Below the pieces are notes generated by a model. The model was not told where the DNA came from and made no database searches. It saw only the letters and a program-made list of their open reading frames with translations. The position numbers and the translations under genes were made by a program. A DNA stretch of 64,000 nt, taken from contig JAJCZX010000010.1 in NCBI GenBank assembly GCA_029262195.1, positions 67,352 to 131,351 on the forward strand. Reading direction: 5' to 3'. Positions 54,894 to 64,000 of this stretch are shown piece by piece; within the stretch, counting starts at the first letter, position 1; each line of letters starts with the position of its first letter. Origin of the DNA: Gemmatimonadota bacterium. GTDB taxonomy: Bacteria > Gemmatimonadota > Gemmatimonadetes > Gemmatimonadales > GWC2-71-9.

Positions 54894-56992
54894 AAGAACT
54901 CCAGTAGATCCAGCAGGTTGTTGATTTCATCTCTTTCGAGTCTGCGATGCGCGTTTGTCATGTCAGCAGGAGGGACATGGTGCCAGGAGTCTGAGCCATT
55001 GTAACGGAACCTCTCCAAAACGTCTCGTAACGTTTGAGAGGAGCCGTTCGTGAAGTACGGATATTTTTGCGTCACTCTGCGCAGGCTGGTGACGCGCGTG
55101 CCGCGAGGCGACACATAGGGCTCGATGCCCGTCTTACTAAAATGCGGAGCGCCCCAAACCAGGTCGTTCTGCTCCGACTCCAGCCACGTTGGCCACTCTT
55201 CGTGTTCGACGCCTTCGAACCGATTAGACGTTGTGAAGAGCGGTTGGTGGCAAAACCCGCAGCGTTGGCGGAACGTTTCGATCGCGGCGCGGGCGCCCTC
55301 GGTTAGCGGCGTTGAGTCCGCACGGAGCGGATGGTAGGGACGCGAATAACTCGCGAGGTAAGAGAGAAACGCGCGTCGTAGCATTTCTGGTCCGATGCTG
55401 TCAGGGAGTTCGACGAAATGAGCGAGCCATGGATAATCGTGAGTTTGCAAGCTGAACAGCTCGGTGCCGTCACCCTGGTTGGCGGCCTTGAATTCCGCCA
55501 GGGTCATTGAAGCCATGGTCTCATCACCGCCTCTGGAAAAAAGCGGGACGTTATTGGCCAGGCCCTGTACTGGTTTTGTCGTAGCAAAAATTTGCTCTCT
55601 GCCAGTGTAGTGGGTGCGCCCGTCGATGCCGCCTTCGAAGTGGCATGTTTCACAGGTAAAACGCGACAGGACTGAATCGGAAACATTGTTGGGTGCCATC
55701 AACTCCGTGAAGATCAGCATCTCGCCAAGAAAATTGAGCGGGTTGCGAGTTGTGCTGCTGGGGCGGTATGAAGGAGTCATGTCCGCCGAGTGAGTTGATG
55801 GCGACAGGCTATAGATGGCGTCCACAAGTGTGTTGGCGAGGGTAAGTCCCGTCAGACCGCCTTCGCCAAACGTAAAGTCGGTTGTACCCGGGGGGACGTT
55901 TCTCGACTCCACCGGCTCAAAGGTCTCTCCGGTCCGTTCGAGTTCGGTTATCACTCCGGAGCCGAATCCGGCCGCGAAAATGGTGGATGTCGGAACGTTA
56001 CGGTCACGGAACCGAACGACTTTCGGCGTGATCATGCCCAACTCCGAAACATTCTTTGAGGCAATCAGTCCTGGCTCGGTACCGGGCTGCTGAAAGGAAT
56101 AAAGGAAGACGAACGAGTCTACCCACCCAAACTCGCCCCCGGTCCGGTCGAGCGGGCGATCTTCCACCCCTCCGATTGCGATACGAAGCCCCTCCCCATC
56201 GGGCGCTATATCGAATCCCCACATTGGCCCGGCATGGGCGATGGCTGTGGCACCGGTTATGTCGGGAATGCCATGTTGCGTAGGAAGCAGCAGGAGCTTG
56301 TGGTCCAACAACAGGTTGACGGCCAGGTATCCGTTAGAGTATTCCAGGTCGATCGGTTCGGCGCCGATCTGGTATTCCGAAATCTCGAGTGCCAGATCGG
56401 AAATATTTCCGTTGCGAATCCGCCTGCTCCAATCGGCTGGCAGCTTTATCCGAACCAGCATGTCACGCCAGGGGTCGGTTAGAAAAATCGTCCTGTCGTC
56501 AGGTAGGAATTCCACTTCTCGAATCGATACAACGCCCGGCAGCGAGAGTTTGCCCAGTTCGGAGATATTTCCTGACCCCACTCGATAGAAACCAAGTTCG
56601 TTTGACAGTTCGCCACCCACGACGATGATACCGGAATCAACCTCTTCCCAGCCCGCCGGAGATGGGGGCGTGTTGACCCGTGCTATGTCTTCGAAAGATG
56701 AATCGAGAAGGACCATCTCAGACGAACCCCGCATCAAAACCAGGAACTCCCCCGATCGTGGGGCGTCCATGATGCGGTAGGGGTCGTCGCCAAAAGATGG
56801 GGCCGTGGTCGAGTCTATCAACTCCAGCTCGAGGTCGAGTAAGCGCTCGAACATCTGGTCCTCCGGAGACAATCCGCAGGCGCTGGTTAACATGACGACA
56901 CCGAAGATGGCCAGGGAAGCGCGGAGCGCCGGGCGATTATTCAGCCCGGCGCCCAAAACACCTTTAAAAGTTTGACGTGAGGTGTTTACCAA
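54890..56992 (-). CDS. lipoprotein with C-terminal di-haem cytochrome c peroxidase-like domain
   Basis: 700 aa. Lipobox (VMLTSAC GLS). Two CxxCH haem-binding motifs (CETCH; CGFCHQPLFTT, the latter like the CCP/MauG second-haem region). The N-terminal ~400 aa are unassigned. Confidence 0.78.
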   Translation of the reverse strand: MVNTSRQTFKGVLGAGLNNRPALRASLAIFGVVMLTSACGLSPEDQMFERLLDLELELIDSTTAPSFGDDPYRIMDAPRSGEFLVLMRGSSEMVLLDSSFEDIARVNTPPSPAGWEEVDSGIIVVGGELSNELGFYRVGSGNISELGKLSLPGVVSIREVEFLPDDRTIFLTDPWRDMLVRIKLPADWSRRIRNGNISDLALEISEYQIGAEPIDLEYSNGYLAVNLLLDHKLLLLPTQHGIPDITGATAIAHAGPMWGFDIAPDGEGLRIAIGGVEDRPLDRTGGEFGWVDSFVFLYSFQQPGTEPGLIASKNVSELGMITPKVVRFRDRNVPTSTIFAAGFGSGVITELERTGETFEPVESRNVPPGTTDFTFGEGGLTGLTLANTLVDAIYSLSPSTHSADMTPSYRPSSTTRNPLNFLGEMLIFTELMAPNNVSDSVLSRFTCETCHFEGGIDGRTHYTGREQIFATTKPVQGLANNVPLFSRGGDETMASMTLAEFKAANQGDGTELFSLQTHDYPWLAHFVELPDSIGPEMLRRAFLSYLASYSRPYHPLRADSTPLTEGARAAIETFRQRCGFCHQPLFTTSNRFEGVEHEEWPTWLESEQNDLVWGAPHFSKTGIEPYVSPRGTRVTSLRRVTQKYPYFTNGSSQTLRDVLERFRYNGSDSWHHVPPADMTNAHRRLERDEINNLLDLLEFF

Positions 56993-57363
56993 CCGCTATC
57001 GCCACCCCTGGATTGACCGGTGCCCCGCCTGCGCTCTTCTTCCTTGACGGTAATTGATACTTTCATCTCGGTGCTGCCGCTCGAGGCGTCGGCCATCACA
57101 GTAGTCTCCTCCAGGATGCTCGCGATTTGCTCTTCTGTAAGAACTACATCGTAGGTTCGGCGATTGAGAGCTCTGACCCAGTATTCAGTTTTCCCGCGTT
57201 CGAGTGAACGAACGGTGAGGTTGTGTTCTTCGACCTGTTCGTGGACAGTGGCGCCGACAGGCCCCATTGTCACGACGACTATTTTTCGAGCATTGCTCCA
57301 CGCGAGGACTGAGAGGGCGATAACGGGAACAGCAAAGAAGGTAGACAGTTTTTTGAGCCGCAC
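56986..57363 (-). CDS. hypothetical exported/anchored protein
   Basis: 125 aa with an N-terminal signal/anchor (MRLKKLSTFFAVPVIALSVLAWS). Overlaps the next gene by 7 nt. Confidence 0.5.
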   Translation of the reverse strand: MRLKKLSTFFAVPVIALSVLAWSNARKIVVVTMGPVGATVHEQVEEHNLTVRSLERGKTEYWVRALNRRTYDVVLTEEQIASILEETTVMADASSGSTEMKVSITVKEEERRRGTGQSRGGDSGW

Positions 57364-57518
57364 GGTGAATCTCCTGTTTTAGCGGGTTTGTGGTTCGCCT
57401 CAAAGTACCCCGGAATGACCGTCGAGGTGTTATGGAAGTGTCAGGGCTCGGTCAGAAAAAATATCCGAATAGGTGCACTGTGGCACGGAGGCACCGGTGA
57501 AGGGAGGATGGGGCTCGT

Positions 57519-60137
57519 TCAATCGGTTCTCAGGGCTGTGACCGGATTGATTCGTGACGCCATCAAAGCGGGGCCGCTTGCTGCTACCGCAGCCGCGATC
57601 AAGAGCAACCCGAGCGCAGCGCCATAAACCAGGGGTTGCACCGGGTCCGTTCCATGGAGGAATACACTGAGGCCGGTCGCGCCCCACCAGGACAACATCA
57701 GGCCGAGACCAAGGCCTGCAATTACGGGCTTTAGTCCGTCAAGCACCGTGTGTCGGAAAACCGCCGCTGGTGCTTCTCCGATCGCTATCCTGATCCCTAT
57801 CTCGCGGCGCCTCGAACGGACCGCGTGGTTCACCATGCCGAAAATCCCCACCGTGCCCAAAAGGGCGGCGGCTAAACCGAAGGCGCCGACCAGGATGGCG
57901 AGAAAATTTTCTTTAGCGAGCGACGTGTCCACTAACGTGGAGAGGGGCCGCATACGTGATAGTGGCATTTCGGGGTCCATATTCCAGGTGGCTTCCCGGA
58001 TCTGCCTGACGGCGACGTCTGTTTCGTTGTCCGTCCAAACGACCAAACGCCTCCACCGGGTCACCCACGGCAGGCCGATTGCCATTGAAGGTAGGTACAC
58101 CTGCGGCCACGACCGGTCGGCTAGGCTTTCGTTCGGGGTGTCTCCCACAACACCAATTATTTCTTTCCACGGACGGTTTTCAGAAAATCGCATCCGGCGT
58201 CCCACCGGATTGACTCCGGAGAGGAGCTGGTTCGCAAAGGATTGACTTACGAGGACAACATTGCGCGTCCCGTCCCGTTCGGCGGAATCGAAGAATCTGC
58301 CCGTCACGAGGGGAATGCCCATTGCTCGGAAATACCCTGGAGTAATGGCCTGAAACCCACCCGTGGTTTCCGCGCCGTCAGGATTGGGGTTTCCTTCGAC
58401 GTAGTAGTAATTCCACAATCCTCCCTCTAGGGGAAGTGATGTCGTTGTGCCTGATGCCTTTACTCCGGGAAGCAGGTCGAGGCGTCTTTCCAACTCTTCT
58501 GTGAAGTTTTCGACGTCCCGGTCAGTCGCGTATTTCGATGCCGTAAAATTGAGATCAACCGTAACCCGGTTCTCTATCGCAAATCCGGTTTCGTTTGACC
58601 GCAGGTCCAGAATTGTTTTTCCGAGCAGCCCGCCGGCCACCAGGATGATCGTGAGGATCGTAGACTGAGCCAGCACCAGTATTCCGCCGGGCAGGTTGTT
58701 CCCTGGCCTGGCGGCGCCCGTGCCCTTACCTACACCGGACATGGCCCGACTCAGTGATCTCCCGGACAACTGTAGTGCAGGAATGAGTCCTGATATTGCG
58801 CCTGCGGCAATTGAAATTCCAACGGTGAAAGCGATGACTCGACCGTGTATTCCTATCTCGTCGATCCGAGGAAGGTTGGCCGGGACGAAACGCAGGATAG
58901 CCGAGAGGATGGGACGGGCTGCTACCATGCCCGCCAATCCTCCGACTAGCCCGAGCATAATCGACTCCAGCAGTAACATGTTGATCAGTCTACCTCGGCT
59001 GGCGCCAAGAGCGATGCGAATAGATAGCTCCCCTGTGCGTGCCATTCCCTTTGCCAGTACGAGTCCGGCTACATTGGTGCACGTCATCAACAAAAGAGAA
59101 GCTACCGCGACCAAAAGCAGCGTTAGAGCACCGTTGAAGGGCTGCCGAATGGCGTCGTGGAGGCGGGTGACCCTGATACTCCAATCTCCCCGCCCGGGGA
59201 AAGCCTGCGCGATGTCAAGGCCGATCGTTTCTAACTCTTGCGTAACAGATTCTGGATTTGAAGAAGCGGCTACTCGCCCGATAACTCCGATATTCATCGC
59301 CAGGTTGCTGGCGCGGTCACCGGTTAGGTCGAGCGGGGTCGCCAGTTGTCCCAATCGTAATATTTCTAGCTCGTTCGGATAGACTCCAACGATTGTGTGG
59401 TCCCGCCCGTCCAGCCGCATGGTTTTTCCGATAGCCTGCTCCGGCCCAGAAAAAAGTCTTTCAGCAAGACCCATTGAGACGAGCGTGACCGGTTCTCCGG
59501 AGGAAAAATCCGAGGGGCGGAAATATCTGCCGGCGACCGGTTCAATTCCTGCAACAGAGAACAGGTTGGTTGTAATATTGGAACCCTGGACTCTCAGCGG
59601 TTCGTTGTTGTCTGAGGCGAGGTTGTAGGCGGCGCTGCTGAACGCAGCGATCCCTTCAAGTGAGGTGGCGTTTCTACTCCACGCCAGGAAACTTGGAGCT
59701 GCGACCCCAGCCAGATCCCCTTTCGTCTCATGGACTCTTACGAGATTGGATGCATCGCGAACTGGGGGGTCTTTTAGAATCACCGTGTCGAAAACTGAAA
59801 AAACCGCGGCTGTCGATCCAATGCCGAGTGCAAGGACGGCTACCACCAGGAGCGAATGTCCCGGTTGGGATACCAGTCGTCGGATTATTGTTCTGTCTGG
59901 GAAGAAATTGATTTTCATTTTGTTTTTGGGGTTTCGTTCTGAAGGGTGCTTTGACCGAGTCAGCCTGGTTCGGGTGCCGCTTACGGCTGCGTCTTTAAGC
60001 GCGAAAAGAAAAACGAGCCAGGGTTTAGAAGACGCGCCCACGTCTTCGGCCATCGCCCGCAAAACCTGTTCTTCGTACTCCGCGAGAAAACGTCGGGTGT
60101 AAAACAGGCGAATCCACCGTCGGAATAGTTGCTCCAC
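57519..60137 (-). CDS. FtsX/MacB-type duplicated permease (ADOP family)
   Basis: 872 aa with a GTG start 2 nt after the PadR stop. Two FtsX repeats and the C-terminal tail ASRINPVTALRTD. Confidence 0.9.
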   Translation of the reverse strand: MEQLFRRWIRLFYTRRFLAEYEEQVLRAMAEDVGASSKPWLVFLFALKDAAVSGTRTRLTRSKHPSERNPKNKMKINFFPDRTIIRRLVSQPGHSLLVVAVLALGIGSTAAVFSVFDTVILKDPPVRDASNLVRVHETKGDLAGVAAPSFLAWSRNATSLEGIAAFSSAAYNLASDNNEPLRVQGSNITTNLFSVAGIEPVAGRYFRPSDFSSGEPVTLVSMGLAERLFSGPEQAIGKTMRLDGRDHTIVGVYPNELEILRLGQLATPLDLTGDRASNLAMNIGVIGRVAASSNPESVTQELETIGLDIAQAFPGRGDWSIRVTRLHDAIRQPFNGALTLLLVAVASLLLMTCTNVAGLVLAKGMARTGELSIRIALGASRGRLINMLLLESIMLGLVGGLAGMVAARPILSAILRFVPANLPRIDEIGIHGRVIAFTVGISIAAGAISGLIPALQLSGRSLSRAMSGVGKGTGAARPGNNLPGGILVLAQSTILTIILVAGGLLGKTILDLRSNETGFAIENRVTVDLNFTASKYATDRDVENFTEELERRLDLLPGVKASGTTTSLPLEGGLWNYYYVEGNPNPDGAETTGGFQAITPGYFRAMGIPLVTGRFFDSAERDGTRNVVLVSQSFANQLLSGVNPVGRRMRFSENRPWKEIIGVVGDTPNESLADRSWPQVYLPSMAIGLPWVTRWRRLVVWTDNETDVAVRQIREATWNMDPEMPLSRMRPLSTLVDTSLAKENFLAILVGAFGLAAALLGTVGIFGMVNHAVRSRRREIGIRIAIGEAPAAVFRHTVLDGLKPVIAGLGLGLMLSWWGATGLSVFLHGTDPVQPLVYGAALGLLLIAAAVAASGPALMASRINPVTALRTD

Positions 60138-60139
60138 GC

Positions 60140-60487
60140 TCAGGTCGTCCTGAGGACGCCGATGGCAGTCGCGTGTGTTACCAGCTCCGCCAGGCGCACG
60201 GCCTCTGCTTCAAGTACTTTGGCACCGAGGTCGGTAATTTCATAGTCAATCCTGCGGCTGTCGTTGCCTGGCCGCGCTTTGCGTTTCTTTATCAATCCAT
60301 GAGATGAGAGGCGTTGGATGGATTCGTACAGCGTTCCCGGGCCGATCTTCACTTTGCCTGTGCTCAAATGACGTACCTGCTTCATCATTTCATAGCCGTG
60401 CGATGGTCCCTCTGCCAGAGCCAGCAGAAGATGAAAAAAACGGGGTGTCAGTGGCAGGAAGTCGCCGGGTTCTTTGTTGGATGTCAT
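60140..60487 (-). CDS. PadR-family transcriptional regulator
   Basis: I prefer the start at the internal ATG 60487 (MTSNKEPGDFLPLTPRFFHLLLALAEGPSHGYEMMK…GTLYESIQRLSSHGLI). The ORF is open to 60556. Confidence 0.9.
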   Translation of the reverse strand: MTSNKEPGDFLPLTPRFFHLLLALAEGPSHGYEMMKQVRHLSTGKVKIGPGTLYESIQRLSSHGLIKKRKARPGNDSRRIDYEITDLGAKVLEAEAVRLAELVTHATAIGVLRTT

Positions 60488-60581
60488 GGTTGCCGATATA
60501 CCGGTACCCGAAGCATCGGGATGAAGTTCCGTTCTCCCCTCTTTTGTTCGATTCAAAGGAAATGAACGAAAGGAGGTGGTT

Positions 60582-61997
60582 TTAGCGGACCGGAATTCCC
60601 CGTAGTAAAACGGCTTTTATGTCCCTGATGGCAGTGATGTCGTCGAGCGGATTGGACCCCAACAATACGAAGTCACCGATTTGACCAGTTTCGATGGTCC
60701 CCCGGTCAGTGAGTCCCAAATATCTGGTCGGGTTTACCGTAGCCGTTGCCAATGCCTGTCGTGGTGAAAGGCCCGCTTGCGTCATTAACTCCAGTTCGTC
60801 GTGGAGGCTCGATCCAGGGTAAACCCACGGAACGCCGAGGTCCGTTCCTGCTAACAGGAGTACGTTTGAGTTGTTCAACTGCCCCACGACTGAAATCAAA
60901 CGGGAATACCACTCGCGCTTGGTGTCAACATCGAATAGCGAGTAGAGTCGGTTGGGTTGGCTCCATGCGTTCTGCACCTCCTCCGGTAGGAAGCCAAAAC
61001 GTGGGTCTGTGCGCAGCGACTCTTCGATACCGGCCAGTAGAATGCCCCTATTGGAGACCAGTGTCGGAGTGATTGCGGTGCCCTGGCGGGAGAAGATCGA
61101 AAAGAGGTCGCTGGCCCGTTCGGGGTCGAATTCGGTGACCATTCGGGTTCGTAATTCCACGAAGTGAACAATGGTTTCACGGCTCGGGCTATCGGAGAAT
61201 GTGCCCGCGATGAAGTCTCTGAACTCGTCCCCGGCCACCGACGATTCTTCCAGGATTCCTTGCAGGTGTTCCTGTGACGCCATACCGGCTATGCTCAGCG
61301 TGGATGCTGCGAACGGAGGTGGGACGTGTCCGGCGACAGGGAAGTCCCTCTCTGCAGCTTCCGCGAGTACGGCTTCCAGCAAAGGGAGAGTCATCCTGTT
61401 GTAAACTTTTATGAAATGAGCTCCCCGATCAATTAAATCGCGCACCGTTGTGCGTGCTTCGGTAGCGTTCCCGACTTCCCTGATGGCGGGGTTTATTTCA
61501 TCGGGCGAACGGCCTGGCGCATCGATAAGCGGCCCGGGAGCGACAATTGTGGGGCCCCTCACAATTCCGGACTCAATCGAGCGATTTAGTGTGTGGATGG
61601 AGTCGAGAGATATAGGTCCGTTCATGTCGCGCACCCCCGTGACACCGTGTTTCAGCAATTCGGGGAAAACAAAGGACTCCATCAGGGGGCCGAAGATGTG
61701 AACATGCATGTCCCATAAGCCGGGGATTAGGAACCCTCCCTGCCCATCGATGACAGTTGCACCATCCGGAATTTCGATGCTGCCCGAAGGCCCGAGCGTC
61801 GAAATTATCCCATCAACAAGAAGGATCGTATGACCGGAGAGAAGGGAATCTTCAGCCATTGTAACAAGATTTACGTTCGTGATAACTACCGGCGCCCCCG
61901 GCCCCTGCTCGGCAGCAACCGCGGTGACATTGGCCAGGACGGCTATGAGCGCAAGACGAACTGAAAGTCTCCGGAGGCGGCGAGGGAATTTGTTCAT
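60582..61997 (-). CDS. amidohydrolase-family metallo-hydrolase (secreted)
   Basis: 471 aa. Signal peptide, HxH metal motif (LWDMHVHIFGP), and the later AGTD motif of the amidohydrolase superfamily. Confidence 0.9.
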   Translation of the reverse strand: MNKFPRRLRRLSVRLALIAVLANVTAVAAEQGPGAPVVITNVNLVTMAEDSLLSGHTILLVDGIISTLGPSGSIEIPDGATVIDGQGGFLIPGLWDMHVHIFGPLMESFVFPELLKHGVTGVRDMNGPISLDSIHTLNRSIESGIVRGPTIVAPGPLIDAPGRSPDEINPAIREVGNATEARTTVRDLIDRGAHFIKVYNRMTLPLLEAVLAEAAERDFPVAGHVPPPFAASTLSIAGMASQEHLQGILEESSVAGDEFRDFIAGTFSDSPSRETIVHFVELRTRMVTEFDPERASDLFSIFSRQGTAITPTLVSNRGILLAGIEESLRTDPRFGFLPEEVQNAWSQPNRLYSLFDVDTKREWYSRLISVVGQLNNSNVLLLAGTDLGVPWVYPGSSLHDELELMTQAGLSPRQALATATVNPTRYLGLTDRGTIETGQIGDFVLLGSNPLDDITAIRDIKAVLLRGIPVR

Positions 61998-62692
61998 GAT
62001 TTTAGTCTCAGGTATTGGACAATGGCATCTCCGATCTCGTCAGCGATTTTGTCGTCGGTGAAATCAATTCCGTATCCGGGCATTGCGCCTCCAATCACTG
62101 CCTCACGCAAACTGACGGTGCCCATCATTAAAGCCACGTTGACCGCTGAGCGCGGGGACCGGTGGGCGATCTCGCCGGAACGCTTCAGGAGTTCGCTCCG
62201 AAAGAGTTCCCGGGCGTAATCCCGCACCGACGCAGACTCCCTGGCGAGGATTCCGTCGCTGGGGAGGCCGGCCGGCCAGTTTTTCATGACTTCACGTATC
62301 TCCACTTCATGGGTCCTGAAGGCTACTACAGTCGCTTTGGTCCAGGTTCTAACAAAATGAATTGCGGTTTTTCCACTTACCAGTTGGACCATGGTTTCAA
62401 GACTGGAGCGAGTCTCCATGGTGACCGCCGCCATCATGACCTCAAGGAGGGAATCCTTATTTCGGAACCGCGCGTAAAACCCTCCTACCGACGTTCCGGC
62501 GTGAGCGACGATTTCGGCGACAGAGAGTTGGTCGTATGGTCGTTTCTTTATTAAATCGCGCGCGGCGCGGACGATTGAACTCGCCGTTTTGCGGCTCCTG
62601 GTTTGGAGATGCCGAGCCTGGCCGGGAAGGGTTAACAGGATTGGATCGACGGATTTGGAACTACCCGAACCGTCTCTAGTGTTGATTCTCAT
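61994..62692 (-). CDS. TetR/AcrR-family transcriptional regulator
   Basis: 232 aa. N-terminal HTH YDQLSVAEIVAHAGTSVGGFYARFRNKDSLL. Overlaps the amidohydrolase gene by 4 nt. Confidence 0.88.
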   Translation of the reverse strand: MRINTRDGSGSSKSVDPILLTLPGQARHLQTRSRKTASSIVRAARDLIKKRPYDQLSVAEIVAHAGTSVGGFYARFRNKDSLLEVMMAAVTMETRSSLETMVQLVSGKTAIHFVRTWTKATVVAFRTHEVEIREVMKNWPAGLPSDGILARESASVRDYARELFRSELLKRSGEIAHRSPRSAVNVALMMGTVSLREAVIGGAMPGYGIDFTDDKIADEIGDAIVQYLRLKS

Positions 62693-62826
62693 AAATAAGA
62701 ATAAGAATCTGATTCGTTTTATGCAAGGAGAATAAATTCAAACTGTGAATTTTTGGAGTTCCGCTTGCTATTCCCTCCCCGTGAGGGCACGTTTTGGCCA
62801 GTGAAAACGGTTAAATATGGAAGGCA

Positions 62827-63648
62827 ATGGATTTGAAACTCGATATTTTTGGCGCTACTCACGTTGGACACAAGCGCAAGGTCAACGAGGATCAGTTCTT
62901 TACCGCGCGTTTGCGAAAGAGTCTGGAGATCCGAGGGACATCGGTGGAGAAGATCCCAAGGTTAGAACGACTGAGGGGCGCCAATGCAGAAGTGTTGGTA
63001 GTGGCGGACGGAGTCGGGAGCGCCGGCGCCGGAGACGTTGCCAGCGGCACAGCGGTCCAGGCTCTGGCTGGTTACATCGGGGAAGTGGTTGACTGCTGTT
63101 ACGTCCACGACATGAATCTCGAACACGAGTTCATGGAGCAACTGGAGAAGTCGTTCACCAGGGCCCATGAAGCTGTAATGCGCGAGTTCGGAATTGGGGA
63201 AGGGAAGAAAGGACCAGCAACCACGCTCACGCTCGTGACGCTTGTCTGGCCGCGAGCCTATATCGTCCATGTCGGTGACAGCCGCTGCTATTATCAACGG
63301 GGTGGCCAGCTCCAACAACTCACCGAAGACCAAACCATGGGTGAGGCGATGTTGGATGCAGGAGTTATGACGGAAGAACAGGTGGAGAACGCAGGGCTCG
63401 ACAATATCCTGACCAGCGCCGTGGGCGCAGAAATGGAACCACGCCTGGGGTTGATTGATCTTGAACCTGGTGACTCAATGATTCTGTGTAGTGATGGCCT
63501 TACCAAGCATGTTACGGACGATCAAATTTCGAAGACGCTTGCTCGCGGTGCGTCCGCAGAGGAGACTTGTGGCGTTCTTGTGCAGGCAGCGCTGGACGGC
63601 GGCGGTAGTGACAACATCACGGTTATCGTGGTGCGGTCGGGTGGCTAG
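62827..63648 (+). CDS. PP2C-family Ser/Thr protein phosphatase
   Basis: 273 aa. THVGHKRKVNEDQF, VVADGVGSAGAGDVAS, and GGSDNITVIVV are canonical PP2C motifs. Confidence 0.92.
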   Translation: MDLKLDIFGATHVGHKRKVNEDQFFTARLRKSLEIRGTSVEKIPRLERLRGANAEVLVVADGVGSAGAGDVASGTAVQALAGYIGEVVDCCYVHDMNLEHEFMEQLEKSFTRAHEAVMREFGIGEGKKGPATTLTLVTLVWPRAYIVHVGDSRCYYQRGGQLQQLTEDQTMGEAMLDAGVMTEEQVENAGLDNILTSAVGAEMEPRLGLIDLEPGDSMILCSDGLTKHVTDDQISKTLARGASAEETCGVLVQAALDGGGSDNITVIVVRSGG

Positions 63649-63723
63649 TCAGCAAAGATAATAACAAATAAGTTTGTCCAGGGGATCGCGTCCCGGAGTG
63701 GAACGCAGTTAACAAAGGTAGAA

Positions 63724-64000
63724 ATGGCGACCAAAAAAAAAGCAACGAAAGCTACTGGTAAGAGTGGAGACGGATCCGGAGCGCAGGGTGAAAACCTTGA
63801 AGTGGTCCGCGACCTGCTGTTCGGGTCCCAGATGCGTTCTGCAGAGGATCGCATGGTGCGGCTTGAAGAACGTTTGCAACGTGATCTGGACCAATTGCGC
63901 GACAGTGCTGCCAGACAGATAAGCGATCTCGACAAGGCGTTTCGCAAAGAGGTGGCGGCTCTCACGAAAAAACTCAAGACCGAACAGGACAAGAGAGCAG
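63724..64000 (+). CDS. hypothetical coiled-coil protein, 5' part (runs off the window)
   Basis: ATG at 63724 opens a frame that stays open to the window edge (MATKKKATKATGKSGDGSGAQGENLEVVRDLLFGSQMRSAEDRMVRLEERLQRDLDQLRD…). It is absent from the ORF track because it has no stop. The antisense ORF 63645-63992 is judged spurious. Confidence 0.5.
   Translation, partial: MATKKKATKATGKSGDGSGAQGENLEVVRDLLFGSQMRSAEDRMVRLEERLQRDLDQLRDSAARQISDLDKAFRKEVAALTKKLKTEQDKRA

Noticed and set aside
63645-63992. 115-aa minus-strand ORF at the right edge
   Set aside because: It is antisense to a plus-strand frame that starts at an ATG 75 nt after the PP2C gene and stays open to the window end with coiled-coil character. 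The minus-strand product is Ser/Arg-rich.

Overview
A 64-kb bacterial chromosomal window, moderately GC-rich by eye (not computed). I call about 60 protein genes and one tRNA, tRNA-Ile(GAU). I recognised no rRNA, CRISPR array, integrase or transposase. Gene content suggests an Acidobacteriota/Gemmatimonadota-like Gram-negative organism, which is inference only: three FtsX/MacB-type 'ADOP' permeases (two preceded by PadR regulators, none with an ABC ATPase), PD40/TolB-like lipoproteins, S9 and M24 peptidases, and a sigma-54 activator.

The first ~12 kb looks accessory. A VapBC pair sits just upstream of the intact tRNA-Ile. Downstream are four degenerate copies of the tRNA's 3' portion (A 3770-4025, B 6747-7039, C 10308-10419, D 11900-12073). 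Each copy is split at the T arm by 75-255 nt of mutually related sequence. Three of them (B, C, D) are preceded by a conserved ~130-bp block rich in short repeats. These copies delimit four cargo segments:
- an AbiEi/AbiEii module;
- an orphan ADOP permease;
- a decayed Fic gene with miaA and a GT2 glycosyltransferase;
- an intact class-II Fic gene whose promoter lies inside a perfect 13-bp inverted repeat.
I read this as a decayed tandem-integration or duplication hotspot that may also contain an undescribed structured element. This is the most unusual signal in the window.

Other points worth a second look:
- a BlaI/BlaR1(M56) pair whose 1186-aa sensor ends in an Amidase_3-like cell-wall amidase domain;
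- an XRE-HTH plus nucleotidyltransferase-like two-gene module with a perfect 14-bp palindromic operator and an apparently leaderless promoter;
- a sigma-54 activator with a good -24/-12 promoter immediately downstream of it, driving small ORFs of uncertain frame;
- a ~110-nt noncoding element present in two intergenic copies;
- a lipoprotein that fuses an N-terminal domain to a di-haem peroxidase-like C-terminus.

The rest is ordinary housekeeping or metabolic content (recQ, NhaP-type antiporter, aldo/keto reductase, VOC, AraC, TetR, amidohydrolase, PP2C). All functional calls come from reading motifs in the supplied translations. No database search was run.
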